Assembly: GCA_000092065.1 (NCBI GenBank)
Contig: CP000584.1
Direction: 5' to 3' (one strand)
DNA length: 64,000 nt
Source: Ostreococcus lucimarinus
Taxonomy: Eukaryota
This document shows, piece after piece, positions 46,992-57,730 of this stretch. Positions within the stretch are counted from its first letter, which is position 1. Every line of letters starts with the position of its first letter. The notes under the pieces were generated by a model, which saw only the letters and a list, made by a program, of their open reading frames with translations, was not told the DNA's origin and searched no databases. Position numbers and translations under genes: made by a program.

Positions 46992-49900
46992 ATGTCCGCG
47001 CGATGGCGCGTGACGTGGACGAGGGAGCGACACAAAAAGAAACCTCGGAAGCGCGACGGTCGACTCGATGTCGACGCCGCGTCGCGCAGCGCGACGCTTT
47101 ATGACGAGAAAGAGAATGACGACGGGACGATTTCGTTTGAAGTCGTCGCGCGGGAGAAATTGCCGCCGAAGACGTGGGAAACGCTGGAGAGCGGCGTCGA
47201 GATCGCGCTGGGGGGGGTGGGGGTGTACCTGGACGATCTCGTCGACCGCGGGGGGGGCGGAGGGGCGGAGTCGGTGGAGGCGACGAAGGAGGCGACGAAG
47301 AAGGCGGGCGCGGAGCGAGCGAAGCGACATCGACACGTGAATCCGGCGTTTCAGAAGAAGTTCGTGCCGCCGATGTTGAAGCGAGCGAAAACGCGCGCGC
47401 CGATGGTGGTGAATGATGACGTGGACGATGATGCGCGCGATGGGGGGGAGAACGAACCGAAATCGGATTTGGCAAAGCTTTTGCAAATGTTCGACGGCGA
47501 CGTGGACGCGGCGATCGATATGGTCGATCGAAACGGTGGTGAGGCGAAAAAACCGATTGCGTTGAACGTGAAGGCAAAACCAGTGGTTCATGTGCCGTTT
47601 GCGACGAGACCGGCGCCACAGAGTGCGCCGGAGGCGACGACAAGTGCGCCGGCGCGGAGAGTCTCGGCGCTGGGCGCGGCGGCTGCGCCGGCGCAAATGT
47701 CGACGGATGTGTGCGTGACGTTTCCCTCGTATAATTACGCAGGCTCGGAGTTCCCCAGGGCACAGACTTTTGCGACGGTTCGTGAATATCAGGCGTATTT
47801 CGTGTCGGCCATATGTGAAAATCTGATGCTTCGCCTGCGCGACGTATCGTCGACTATGCACAAGCTGCGCACCGATGGCGCGCAGTCGGCACAGAAGCCA
47901 GATTTGCTCGCGAAAATTCTTTGGCATAGATACAAACTGCGCTATTTCACGCAGTGCGAGATTAGCTCGCGAAAATGGACAGACAAAGTAGACAACACGG
48001 AGAAGACGTGCGTGCGATTGATGGTGAAAGATTTCAAATCCATCAAGGGCCCGAAGCCGTACGCGAAGGGAGATTTCTGGATCGTGAGCACCGAGCCGTG
48101 GTTCGAAGTGAAGCCATTACAGGAGATCGGTGATCGTCATCGCGCGCCTTGGTTGGGCGTGGTCGAGTGTAAGTGGCATGGTATGGACAACGAGGGTAGG
48201 ATGGAGGTGCAATTGTTGGGACCACGACCTCCTCGGTTGCGCGACAATGCCACGATACACGTTTACGCCATGCACACGTCACTGAACGCTTTTTCGGAAA
48301 CGGATGAGCTCGAAAATATTTTGAGTCTTAGCGCTGGGCGCCCGTCACCGCTCATCGATAGCATACTAGGCAAACCACCGCCGAAGGAACTTGAAGAGGA
48401 AGCAGAGCTGTATTTGAAGGACGCAGACATTGGTGTCGCACCGTTACAAAGAAGCTTTAAACTCAACGACGACCAGGCTCGCGCGGTGTCAGGAGCGCTC
48501 GCAAGCGCGACTTCAGCTTCGCATCTACCCGTGCGTCTCATTCACGGGCCTTTTGGAAGCGGTAAGACGCACACGATTGCGGCGTTTGTCACCAAAGCCG
48601 CCGAGCTTTTGAAGTCTTCGAATGGGAGAATAATGATCGCTGCGCACACCAACGTCGCTGTCGATCGGGTGCTTCAGTCTCTTCTCGAAGCCGGTTTCAC
48701 TGATTTCATTCGTGTAGGAAGTGTTCGAAAGATTGATCCTGTGATTCTTCCGTATTCTCTTCACGTCAAGACTGGCAAAGGACCGTCGCAAGCGAAAGAG
48801 CTCGAAGCCATGCTCAAGGAAACGACTTCGGTGCGAAAAAGAGCCATTTTGCAGAAAGAAATCGAGACTCTGTCGTCAGGTAAAGTTGGGATGCGGAAAG
48901 CGTTGCTGAAAAAGTGTAGCGTCGTTGGCGTCACGTGTTACTCGTCATCTCACGAAGATCTCAAGAACATGGAGTTCTCGGTGGTCGTTCTTGATGAGTG
49001 CTCTCAGATGACAGAACCGAGCAGTTTGCTTCCGGTGGTACAGTCACGGTGCAAAACGCTCGTCGCTGTTGGCGACCCTTTGCAGTTGTCGCCAGTCGTC
49101 GCCGATGTTCCGGAAAGCAATCGATCGAAAGCAAACGTGACCCGCAACCCGCTCAAACGAACGCTCTTTTCTCGCCTGAGCGACGCTGGGCATTCCAAAG
49201 TGACGTTGCGCACGCAGTATCGATTGCATCCGGCACTTAGTGCCGTCCCAAACAAGTGTTTCTATGACGGTGTCTTAATCGACGGCATCGGTGCGAGCGA
49301 TCGGACGAGTTTGATTCGACTGACGACGGGCGGTGTTTTGTCGCCCATCGTCTGGTGGGACACGAGTGGATTTGACACAAAGGAGGGGCAATCGAAACTC
49401 AACGTTGAAGAAGCGACGCGCGTGAGTGGTGTCGTGCGATGTTTGCTCGATAACGACGTTCCGGCTGGTAGGATCGGCGTGATTGCGTTTTATGCAGCGC
49501 AGGCGTCGTGCGTGTCAAACAAGCTTGCGCACGCCCCTCACGACGTCGCTCGCGAGATGACCAACGTCAACGATGACGAGGATTTTGAATCCTTTCTCCC
49601 ATCCGACGTGCAAGTGAGTACGGTGGATGCGTTTCAAGGCCAAGAGAAAGATGTCATCATCATCACATTGTGTGGTGCACCGTTGAGTACCTTCACGAAT
49701 GCGGAGCGTCTGAATGTTGCGCTCACGCGTGCAAAGCGACATCTCATCGTCGTCGGAGCCGCAGCAGTGGCGCAAAAGTCCAACGTTTCGGCGTGGGTGG
49801 AAACTTTGAAACGTGCGAGATCCACACCAAATGGATACATTCCCTTGAGTTATGAAACCAACGCTGTGTTGCAGAAATGGAGTCCAGCCGTGAAGGAGAG

Positions 49901-50417
49901 CGTCGAACATGATGACGTTCTCCTATCCCCAAGTTCTGAAATCGCGCCTTCGCCGCGCTTTTTAAACGACCGCGAAACGCTCCTTGAACTTGGATTCGAT
50001 CAAAAGCGCTACTGGGACTTTTACTGCGCCGTCATGCGTGGTGTCAACTACGATCACAAACAAAGTCGCGCGACCGTTACCGAATCGCCGTTGCGGCCCT
50101 TCATTCAACGCGTGTTCCCGCGTGTCTTCGACGCAAACGGCGACATCGAATGGTCCAAGGCAAAGGTGAAACGCGCGCTCAGCATCGACGTCATTGGCCT
50201 ATTGCGTCGATTCATAGAATACGAACACGGCTCGGAATGGGGCACTCTGGACAAGCTCATAGACGCGTTTGAGGACCGCGAGGAATTCGAACGCGACCCC
50301 ACGGGCTTTGGTTGGATGTGCGTTCAAGAGGCGGAGGGCGCCGTCGCCGTGGGTGACTGCGGCACCGGACCCACGACCCGTTCCGACGACGCCGACGAAG
50401 ATTCCTGGAACACGTAG
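46992..50417 (+). CDS. Upf1-like superfamily-1 helicase (AAA_11/AAA_12-type) with a long N-terminal region and C-terminal extension
   Basis: Motif I is LIHGPFGSGKTHTIAAFV. Motif II (DEAD-like) is VVLDECSQMTEPSSLLPV. Also present are LVAVGDPLQLSPVV, a Q-rich TQYRLHPAL, V/VI VSTVDAFQGQEKDVIIITL and LNVALTRAKRHLIVVG. The start is assigned to ATG 46992; an upstream ATG at 46629 only adds a low-complexity R-rich 120 aa. Stop is TAG at 50415-17. Confidence 0.75.
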   Translation: MSARWRVTWTRERHKKKPRKRDGRLDVDAASRSATLYDEKENDDGTISFEVVAREKLPPKTWETLESGVEIALGGVGVYLDDLVDRGGGGGAESVEATKEATKKAGAERAKRHRHVNPAFQKKFVPPMLKRAKTRAPMVVNDDVDDDARDGGENEPKSDLAKLLQMFDGDVDAAIDMVDRNGGEAKKPIALNVKAKPVVHVPFATRPAPQSAPEATTSAPARRVSALGAAAAPAQMSTDVCVTFPSYNYAGSEFPRAQTFATVREYQAYFVSAICENLMLRLRDVSSTMHKLRTDGAQSAQKPDLLAKILWHRYKLRYFTQCEISSRKWTDKVDNTEKTCVRLMVKDFKSIKGPKPYAKGDFWIVSTEPWFEVKPLQEIGDRHRAPWLGVVECKWHGMDNEGRMEVQLLGPRPPRLRDNATIHVYAMHTSLNAFSETDELENILSLSAGRPSPLIDSILGKPPPKELEEEAELYLKDADIGVAPLQRSFKLNDDQARAVSGALASATSASHLPVRLIHGPFGSGKTHTIAAFVTKAAELLKSSNGRIMIAAHTNVAVDRVLQSLLEAGFTDFIRVGSVRKIDPVILPYSLHVKTGKGPSQAKELEAMLKETTSVRKRAILQKEIETLSSGKVGMRKALLKKCSVVGVTCYSSSHEDLKNMEFSVVVLDECSQMTEPSSLLPVVQSRCKTLVAVGDPLQLSPVVADVPESNRSKANVTRNPLKRTLFSRLSDAGHSKVTLRTQYRLHPALSAVPNKCFYDGVLIDGIGASDRTSLIRLTTGGVLSPIVWWDTSGFDTKEGQSKLNVEEATRVSGVVRCLLDNDVPAGRIGVIAFYAAQASCVSNKLAHAPHDVAREMTNVNDDEDFESFLPSDVQVSTVDAFQGQEKDVIIITLCGAPLSTFTNAERLNVALTRAKRHLIVVGAAAVAQKSNVSAWVETLKRARSTPNGYIPLSYETNAVLQKWSPAVKESVEHDDVLLSPSSEIAPSPRFLNDRETLLELGFDQKRYWDFYCAVMRGVNYDHKQSRATVTESPLRPFIQRVFPRVFDANGDIEWSKAKVKRALSIDVIGLLRRFIEYEHGSEWGTLDKLIDAFEDREEFERDPTGFGWMCVQEAEGAVAVGDCGTGPTTRSDDADEDSWNT

Positions 50418-50621
50418 ACTGTCGGTCAACTAGACGACGCACGCATTGCATGAAACATTCTTTAATTTCCGCAGCGGAAATTCCGCTCGCAGTCGCCCCG
50501 ACGCCGAGAAACAAAACGACACTTCGTCACTCGGCGACGCATCGCGCCCGAACTCAACCACCCGCGCGCGTTCGGCGCCCGAAATCCGCGCACGCGCGCA
50601 TCGGATTACACTTCTTCTAGC

Positions 50622-51458
50622 ATGCTCGCGCTGTCTCCCACCGCCCTCGCCGTCGTCAGCGACACCGACGAACGTCGTCGTCGCGCATCGAGCGCGCGAA
50701 CCGCCGACGACGCCGCGTCGACGTCTGCGCTCGAGCGCGCGCTCGCGGACGCGCGAACGCGCGCGCGCGAGTCGAGCGTGAAAGTGTGTGAGCTGGAGGA
50801 ATCGTGTGCGGCGCTCGCCATCGCAGCGGGACGCGCGGAAACGCGCGCAAAGGCGCTGGGGGAACGATTAGCCGACGCGGAACGCGGCGCGTCGTCGACG
50901 TTGGAGCGAGACGCGCTGGAGACACGCGTCAAGGCGCTGGAGACGGCAAATGAACGCCTGAGAGTGGGGTTGCGAGAGAAGAGCGAGCGCGTGGACGCGC
51001 TGGAGGCAGAGGTGCGGGAGGGGAGACGCGCGGAGGATTCGGCGGGCGACGCGGCGACGACGACGGAGACGGAGACGGCGGCTCGGAGGGAACGAGAGAT
51101 CGTGCGCTTGCGTGGAGAGTTGAGTCGACAAGCACAGGTGATTGCAGATGCGTATAGGGATGAGGTACAGCGATTGCAGCGAGAGTTGGCGATGAGCCAA
51201 GGGCGATGTGAACGCGCGGAGAAGGAGAACGCGCAGTTGAAGAAGAAACTAGCCACCCGCGTGGGCGAACGTAGGACGTACGAGTCACCGTACGCGTACG
51301 CCAAGTACGAGGGAAAGATCGATACAATCAGGCATGCATCATCGCCATCGCGAAGTCCATTGGCTCGACGATGCGAAAACGTGTTCGAACGATTGGCGAC
51401 GCCGAAAAGAATCTCGGAACGGTCGTCTCCCGCAATTTCGCCGAAGAGTTTTCGATGA
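50622..51458 (+). CDS. coiled-coil protein (278 aa), unassigned
   Basis: It has a real ATG at 50622 and a heptad-rich A/E/R/L sequence (ALETRVKALETANERLRVGLREKSERVDALEAEVREGRR...VQRLQRELAMSQGRCERAEKENAQLKKKL) with a S/P-rich tail. Stop is TGA at 51456-58. This model is weaker because the region is GC-rich. Confidence 0.4.
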   Translation: MLALSPTALAVVSDTDERRRRASSARTADDAASTSALERALADARTRARESSVKVCELEESCAALAIAAGRAETRAKALGERLADAERGASSTLERDALETRVKALETANERLRVGLREKSERVDALEAEVREGRRAEDSAGDAATTTETETAARREREIVRLRGELSRQAQVIADAYRDEVQRLQRELAMSQGRCERAEKENAQLKKKLATRVGERRTYESPYAYAKYEGKIDTIRHASSPSRSPLARRCENVFERLATPKRISERSSPAISPKSFR

Positions 51459-51523
51459 TCGGATTCTTAGATGACTACTAAAGGATTTTAATCTATGGAG
51501 CTATGCGTGTAAACACTCGTTAT

Positions 51524-54500
51524 TTATTTCCCTCGTCTCGCACGTTTCGTTTCCGCGAGGATGGAATCGACGCAAATCGCACATCGCACGTACTCGTAGA
51601 ATTTCGGGAGCTGAAAGCCAGACGGCGCCCACACTGGATGGTCGGCGATGGCGTCGAATGAGGCCCCGGAAGAACACGAATCGCAGAAAGCCCGCGAACA
51701 AGAGATGCATCGGAATGTGATGTGATTCGGTGACGCTTCTTTGAGGCACACCAAGCAACTATGTTGTGGACACTTCCAACCCTTTTGCGGAACGGTGCGA
51801 ATGTACGCGCACCCCATCGAAGTGATGCGCGGACACGAAATGCAGCGAATCTTCAAACCAGCCTTTTCCGGTGGAAGAAAGGCGGGCGGAATGTTTTTGC
51901 ACTGTCCAGGCACTCCACCACAGTACACGCAGTTGTGTTCGTGCAAAGTCCACCACGTGGGGTCTTCGACTTCTGCCCTCTTTTGCTTTCGTTCAGCGGC
52001 GGCGTCCCAGAGTTCGGCATCTTTTGAGGCGAATTCCGGAGGCACGTTCCCGTTCGCTGGAATTTTCTCGAGCGAAGACACGAGCGATTCCGGCGGGTTT
52101 GCAGATAACTTATTCAACGCAGCACCACGCTTCCACGCTATATCTTGCCCGTTGGTGCCGACGACTTTCATGAAGTACGTCGTGCGCTTCACCGGATCCA
52201 ATCCCCAAACTCTGTTCGCAATGCGCCACATGTTCATCAAATTCGGCGCACCAGAGGCGTCGATCTTACTCGAGAATTCGCCATCGAGTTGCAAAATAGA
52301 AGTAACGCCCGAAAGCAAACCTTGCTGACGTCCAAGATTGTGGAAGCTGCACAACAGAAAGGAGATGTTGTTCTCTGGCGCCATGGTGTTGAATCTCGCC
52401 GCAGAGTACAGCGCAACGCCCAAAGGCTGATCGGTTTCGTCCAAGCGAGCGTATTCTAACTTGGCCATACTCATCCCTTCCGCCGCGCTATTCAACGCAT
52501 TTTCATCCTCCGCGATGACTAGCACTTTCTGCGCCTGCTTGCGCATCGTCTGAAGGATATGCATGAGAGCGTCGACGGGATTCGTCTTCGCATCAATCTC
52601 AAACTGTAAAAACTTGGCCAGTGGCGCGGGAACGACGGGTGGTTCAACCACGCGCTCACTCGTGCTATGTACGATCAGATCTCTCCACTTTACCGGTAGA
52701 GACTTCGTACTTTGGCCCAGTCCTGGGAAAATGACGCGTCCCAAGGCGACGGCGTGAGGGCCGTCAAAGTCATCGGCTTTGCCCAACAAGAACGTGGATC
52801 CTGCTTGAAGAACTTTCTCTTGGACAGCGGAGGAAAGCGCGCCGACACTCGCCTCATTTCGCCAGTCGTCACAAATCACGCTCTTGAACATCGTAGTTTT
52901 CAACGCTTCGCATTGACTCATGCGCTCGTACGAAACGACGAGGTAATCATACGACAGTGCTTTTATCATTTGAACATTGTTCGCACTCTTTTCATCCTCT
53001 TCAGACATCAACGTGACACTACGCAGGGAAGTACACCAACGATGAAGATCAGCGATCCATAAGTGTGCTGTTTCCTTCGGGCAAAGAATCAAGTGCTGAC
53101 CCGGTTCGCGTAAGCCGTCTCGAACCCATTGAATAAAAGCGAGCGACGTGAGCCGCTTGCCCAGGCCCGTTTCAAAAGCAAGCAGCCCGTTCACGCCCAG
53201 CGAATGCAGGTTTCGCATCCAATGAATCGCGTCGATTTGATGTGACTTCAAATATTTCCAAGGCGCGAGATCCGCGTAAAGAGCTTTGCCTTGCGGAATC
53301 TTCGGCGCCAATCTGGTCAAATGATCCAACGCCGTTTTAATCTCTGCTTCCCCGAGTTCGTCACTGAGCGAATTCAAGCGACTCGCCTCTTCCGCTTCGA
53401 GATGTTTACAGGCGTCTTGCATATCCCGTAAGAGCTTGCTCGGGGCTCCTCCCTTGTGCGTCGAATCCAAGTAATGGCGCACGCATGTGATCGTCGCAAT
53501 TCGCTTTGCCTCAGCGCTCGTCGCCCGCGGGAAAACTTCCAGCGTCACATCTTTTTGCTTCTCTTCCTGCGCGCTCGGATGCGACTTTTGGGCGCTCGCA
53601 GTGCTTCTATTCGGATCCACAAATGCAGCGTCTTCCTCGTGCGATTGCGCCTTCACATCCCAAAACACATTCTTATTACGTAACATATCGCTCGTGCCAT
53701 CTTCGCGGTATCCACACGTGAGGAAACGCTGTTGCTCGAATTCGGGCGCGCTGTGCGCCTTGCAAAACACCATGGGCTGTCCTGATGCCGCTTGCCTCAA
53801 CATAATTTGTTTATCGGCACGCGCACATAGTGGATGAAACGCGGTATAACACTTGTGCATCGCGCACTGCGTGCACGCGCCTATTTCTTCACAAACCGAA
53901 CACTTCAATTTCATGCGTTTCGACTGAACGAGCAACATGTCGACAATGGGAGATTCCCCAGTCTTTTGATGACGCATGACTACTTCGGGTAAGTGCAAAG
54001 CGCACGCAAGATGCGCATGGTGACCCGGCGAAAGCCATGGTGTTTCGAATTTCGACGCTGGGACCACACGCACGAGTGCGCCACCCGGATGTGGGCACAA
54101 TGCACAGATACCCCTAGGAGTTCCACAGCTCACGAGCGGGCCTTTGGTGACGCCCTCTTTGCAACCAGTGCAGTACCAATCACCCTCAGGAAGGTTCTTG
54201 ATTCCGTAGCAAGACATGTGAACCTGAATTTCGCATCCGTCGCAGAAGACAATCTCATCCTTCGCATGCCACCAATCTGGCGCTTGATGGCCGCAGACGT
54301 GACACACATCGTAATCCTCGAGAGACGTCCTCCACAGCCTAGAAATATGCTCGGGAGGCGGCGGTGGCATCTTCCCACGTGGTCGAGTTTGATGCGGAGG
54401 GTTTTTAAGCTGACCCGGTTTCACGGGCTTTCCGTCCGGTGTCTTGCCGTATTGCAACACATGCAACTGACTCGCCAGTGCGTCAGCTTTTGCTTGCACC

Positions 54501-55117
54501 TTCGAGTGTTTCTTTCTCATCTCCTTGGCGTATGCCACGGCTCGATCAGCGGCGCGCTTTTTACTGACGGCAAACTGATACGCGCTCGCCGCCGCCGCCG
54601 CCGTCATCGTCCACTCTGGTAAAGATTCTGGCTTGCGTGCCTTGACTCGCTCGAGCACTTCGCCCATCGTTGGCGTCACGCGTCCACCATTCAAACTTTC
54701 CGGCCCGAGTGCGAACGTCTCCAAAAACGCCATTATCGACGTCGTCTTCATACTAGATTCATCCAAATCCACAATCGTCTCCGCGCGTTCGTCAAACAAA
54801 TCATCAAACTGCCCCGGCGCGTCAACTCTCGCTCCCTCCGCGTCGCTCTCGTCGTTCATCCCATACGTCCCATTCACCGTCTCTACCTCCATATCCTCCA
54901 CCGTCGCTATGCGTGCGTCTATATCCGCCATCCACGCCGGCTCTCCGTCTCCACCATCGTCTTCCTCGCCGTTCGCCGACGTCGTCTCGCCGTCGCCGTT
55001 GCCTCGCGAGCCGCCTCTTTCATTCCCGCTCCCCGCCGCCACGCGCGCCACGAGCGCCGCGATCGCGTCCTGTGCGCTCATATCCGCATCGCTCTCGACC
55101 GCGTTCGCGCCGTGCAT
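51524..55117 (-). CDS. SNF2-family chromatin-remodelling ATPase with PHD and extended-PHD zinc fingers
   Basis: The PHD is CHVCGHQAPDWWHAKDEIVFCDGCEIQVHMSCYGIKNLPEGDWYCTGC. The ePHD is GICALCPHPGGALVRV...HLACALHLPEV...LKCSVCEEIGACTQCAMHKCYTAFHPLCA. The SNF2_N is YLKSHQIDAIHWMRNL...GLLAFETGLGKRLTSLAFI...HLILCPKETAHLW. A helicase-C-like region and a C-terminal Cys-rich cluster follow. The first ATG is at 55115-17, and stop is TAA at 51524-26. Confidence 0.75.
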   Translation of the reverse strand: MHGANAVESDADMSAQDAIAALVARVAAGSGNERGGSRGNGDGETTSANGEEDDGGDGEPAWMADIDARIATVEDMEVETVNGTYGMNDESDAEGARVDAPGQFDDLFDERAETIVDLDESSMKTTSIMAFLETFALGPESLNGGRVTPTMGEVLERVKARKPESLPEWTMTAAAAASAYQFAVSKKRAADRAVAYAKEMRKKHSKVQAKADALASQLHVLQYGKTPDGKPVKPGQLKNPPHQTRPRGKMPPPPPEHISRLWRTSLEDYDVCHVCGHQAPDWWHAKDEIVFCDGCEIQVHMSCYGIKNLPEGDWYCTGCKEGVTKGPLVSCGTPRGICALCPHPGGALVRVVPASKFETPWLSPGHHAHLACALHLPEVVMRHQKTGESPIVDMLLVQSKRMKLKCSVCEEIGACTQCAMHKCYTAFHPLCARADKQIMLRQAASGQPMVFCKAHSAPEFEQQRFLTCGYREDGTSDMLRNKNVFWDVKAQSHEEDAAFVDPNRSTASAQKSHPSAQEEKQKDVTLEVFPRATSAEAKRIATITCVRHYLDSTHKGGAPSKLLRDMQDACKHLEAEEASRLNSLSDELGEAEIKTALDHLTRLAPKIPQGKALYADLAPWKYLKSHQIDAIHWMRNLHSLGVNGLLAFETGLGKRLTSLAFIQWVRDGLREPGQHLILCPKETAHLWIADLHRWCTSLRSVTLMSEEDEKSANNVQMIKALSYDYLVVSYERMSQCEALKTTMFKSVICDDWRNEASVGALSSAVQEKVLQAGSTFLLGKADDFDGPHAVALGRVIFPGLGQSTKSLPVKWRDLIVHSTSERVVEPPVVPAPLAKFLQFEIDAKTNPVDALMHILQTMRKQAQKVLVIAEDENALNSAAEGMSMAKLEYARLDETDQPLGVALYSAARFNTMAPENNISFLLCSFHNLGRQQGLLSGVTSILQLDGEFSSKIDASGAPNLMNMWRIANRVWGLDPVKRTTYFMKVVGTNGQDIAWKRGAALNKLSANPPESLVSSLEKIPANGNVPPEFASKDAELWDAAAERKQKRAEVEDPTWWTLHEHNCVYCGGVPGQCKNIPPAFLPPEKAGLKIRCISCPRITSMGCAYIRTVPQKGWKCPQHSCLVCLKEASPNHITFRCISCSRAFCDSCSSGASFDAIADHPVWAPSGFQLPKFYEYVRCAICVDSILAETKRARRGK

Positions 55118-55516
55118 ATCGCGCGTCGACGTCGCGCGCTTCCGACGAACGCAATCGAAGATTCCGCCGATTCCGAAAGATCGCGACGAATTCCCGTCGA
55201 TTCGCGCGCTCGCGGGCCGCCGCGGCGCGTCGACCGCGACCGTGACCGCGATTTCCGCGTGCGGTGCGCGCGCGGTCGCCGCGGATGTCGCGCGCGTCGC
55301 CGTGTGCGGAGCGGACGACTGCACGTCGACGCCGAATACTGTTTACCCATAGAAGACACGAAACGTCTCATTGGACGACCGAACGTTCGGTCGAACACAT
55401 CCGACACACCCGCGCGCGCGCCACGATCGCGTGGCCGCGACCGCGCGCCGATTCCAAACGCGATTATCGATCTTCCCGCCGGCGCGTCGCGGGTCGAGTC
55501 GCGCGTGGACGACGGC

Positions 55517-55724
55517 ATGCCGGCGCATCGTGAATTTGCGCTGACTGAATATTTCGTCTCAGTAGATGCGCGAAAGCGCGCGAACTGCGCGACGGACGCG
55601 GTGGACGGTTTCGTGAAGATCAACCACGGTCTATGCGTCGAGATTCCTCTCTTCGCGCGCGTGGGATTGGCGCTTACGAACGCGTTTTATTGGGTCCTGG
55701 CGTGGAAGTTGCTGCGTTCGACGG
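55517..55724 (+). CDS. CREST-superfamily (alkaline-ceramidase-like) membrane hydrolase, exon 1 of 2 (tentative)
   Basis: ATG is at 55517 (MPAHREF...LFARVGLALTNAFYWVLAWKLLRST). The donor ACGG|GTGAGG is phase 1. The 101-nt intron 55725-55825 ends in TATCAG|, with ACTGAC 27 nt upstream. Phase is restored to give ...RST-G-MFDDSQ... Confidence 0.4.
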
Positions 55725-55825
55725 GTGAGGCGCGAGCGAAGCGAAGCGAAGCGAAGACGACGCGCCGTTGGAAATGTTGCGCGAAACGTGAGACTGACGG
55801 CGGTGCGTGGAACGTGCGTTATCAG

Positions 55826-56445
55826 GAATGTTTGATGATTCTCAGTGCGCGCGTGATTTGTGTCGTTCGCACGCGTTTCACGTTTTGCTTGTTTTTGGCA
55901 TCGCGTCCGCTTCGACGGCGTACCATTTCTACCAGCTCGGTCTGGATCGAGAGATTTCGAGGGCGTCGCGCTCAGCGTGCGATTGCTTCAAATTTCGTGG
56001 ATTTACGCTACCTGGAACTGGTACGACGTCAAAGAAGGTCAAGGCTTCGCCGCTCAAGGTGACGTCGCTGAGGCAGCTTTCAGACGAGCGCGTCGGTTTC
56101 GACCGTTTACGCTCGGACTCTGCGCGAGATCTCTCTGCGAGTGCGGCATGTTCGCCGTCGCCGACGAAACCTTCGGTGACGACCATGTCTTTATATAATT
56201 ATCCCGGTGAGTTGGTGAGATGGCTGTGCGCGATGGACATAGGATGCGCAATCATCTACGGCGTATTTTGCGCGACTTGCTTCGGCGCTGAGAAGATTCT
56301 CAGCGCCGGTCGTTTGCCGACCGTATTTCTTGTCACCGCCATGATATGCCAGCGCGCCGAAAAATACTGGGCCTACGTCGTGTTACACAGCATTTGGCAC
56401 GCCCTGAGCGCCGCGCTCATGCTCGATTTCTTGCTTGCGCAGTAG
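55826..56445 (+). CDS. CREST-superfamily (alkaline-ceramidase-like) membrane hydrolase, exon 2 of 2 (tentative)
   Basis: There is a His in a TM (CRSHAFHVLLVFG, compare ACER SWCFH) and a C-terminal YVVLHSIWHALSAALML (compare ACER HAWWHILTGLG). A long Ser-rich loop separates them, and there are about 5 TM helices. It is followed by an AT-rich 3' region with AATAAA. Stop is TAG at 56443-45. Confidence 0.45.
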
Positions 56446-56540
56446 CGCGTCGAGCGAATATTGAATATTCTTTTTTTTTGATGCCCTCGTCGTCGCACCT
56501 TCTTCTGTACTCACTACCGTATTATTAATAAAATCAATCA

Positions 56541-57730
56541 CTAAAAGTGTAAAGACACGGGAGCACTCTCCTTCTCTTCCTTCTCCGCGGCCCTGCCACC
56601 TTCAGATCGGGCGTAGAACAAAATGTATCCGTGCTCGCTCCCCGCGGAGCCGCCATCCGTCGTCGAGCCAAAGACTTGTTGAAGCTGCTCTTCATCCACG
56701 ACTTCAACGCAATCGTCATCGTACAAGAACCAGCGATGATTATTCTTGGCGAAACACACGTAGTGTCCGTGATTAGGCCCGGAGCCGATGTGAACGACGA
56801 CGGCGAAAAGCTTATAACTCGCATCGGGATTCTCCGCTTCGTCTATCAAGTTGGGAATTTTCAATTCGGAAGGGAACACCACGCGATGATTCAGTTTCGC
56901 GTGCCTGCCGAGCGCCTCGATGTACTTGAACCGCTTCAAGTGTAACGACAATACTTTCGGCGCTTCATGAATCAGCATTCGCTTCTGCGCCTCGTGTAAC
57001 CCACCGCATCGATCGCACTGAAACTTGTCGTTTTTGTCCAACAACTCCTTGGCGCTGAAATTATTCAAGCACGCCGTGATGGAAGTGTTCTGCTCGACAT
57101 CAACCGACAGGTCCAAAAAGCACTCCTCTCTATTCGTCGTGTTCTCACACCATAAACACCGCGTCTGATTCGCCAGTTTCCCCTCGAACACATCGTGTAT
57201 CCACGTCTTCTTCCCCGGTTCCCACGCGCCGTCTCGCTTCAACTTCGTCTGTAAATTTTCGCAACACTCATTCAGCAAGAAGTTTAAAAACTCGTGCGCA
57301 TCCTGATGCATGTGTCCTCGAAACAACACGTTATCCTTCCTCAACCGTTCGATGAACGCCCTCGGGCTGACGTATCCCGTGCGTTTCGTTTGTCCCGAAA
57401 TCTCTCGAAACAGATCCCCGAGCGCCGCCAGCATGCTGTCGGGCGTCTCCTTTCCTCGTCCGCTCGTCGACGTCCCATCGTTCGCCGCCGCGTGATGTTC
57501 GATCAATCGTTCTCGAAACTCATCGCACGCGTACAGCGCCTGGAGCACCGAGTTACAGTAGCACGTGTTGCCAAAGTTTTCCAATCCAAAAAACTTTGCC
57601 GACGGTGGGAACGCGTCGCCGAGCGTCTTCGCGTTGACTTGCGCGCGCGCGCGTCGCCGATGACTCCCGCCCGCGCGTTCGCGTTCGGCGACGCCGCGGC
57701 GAGAGATTTGACAAAGTTTAGAAAGCCCAT
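56541..57730 (-). CDS. ubiquitin C-terminal hydrolase, USP12/USP46-like; N-terminus interrupted by a frameshift in a (GC)6-7 tract near 57641-57653
   Basis: The Cys box FGLENFGNTCYCNSVLQALY and His box GPNHGHYVCFAKNNHRWFLYDDDCV are present, with collinearity to USP12 throughout (QDAHEFLNFLLN, DLSVDVEQNTSITACL, LHLKRFKY). The catalytic-frame ORF has no ATG upstream of the Cys box. The only suitably placed ATG (57728-30, MGFLNFVKSLAAASPNANARAG...) is in the +1 frame and joins the main frame only if 2 nt are removed or 1 nt added within gcgcgcgcgcgcg. Stop is TAG at 56541-43. Confidence 0.65.
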
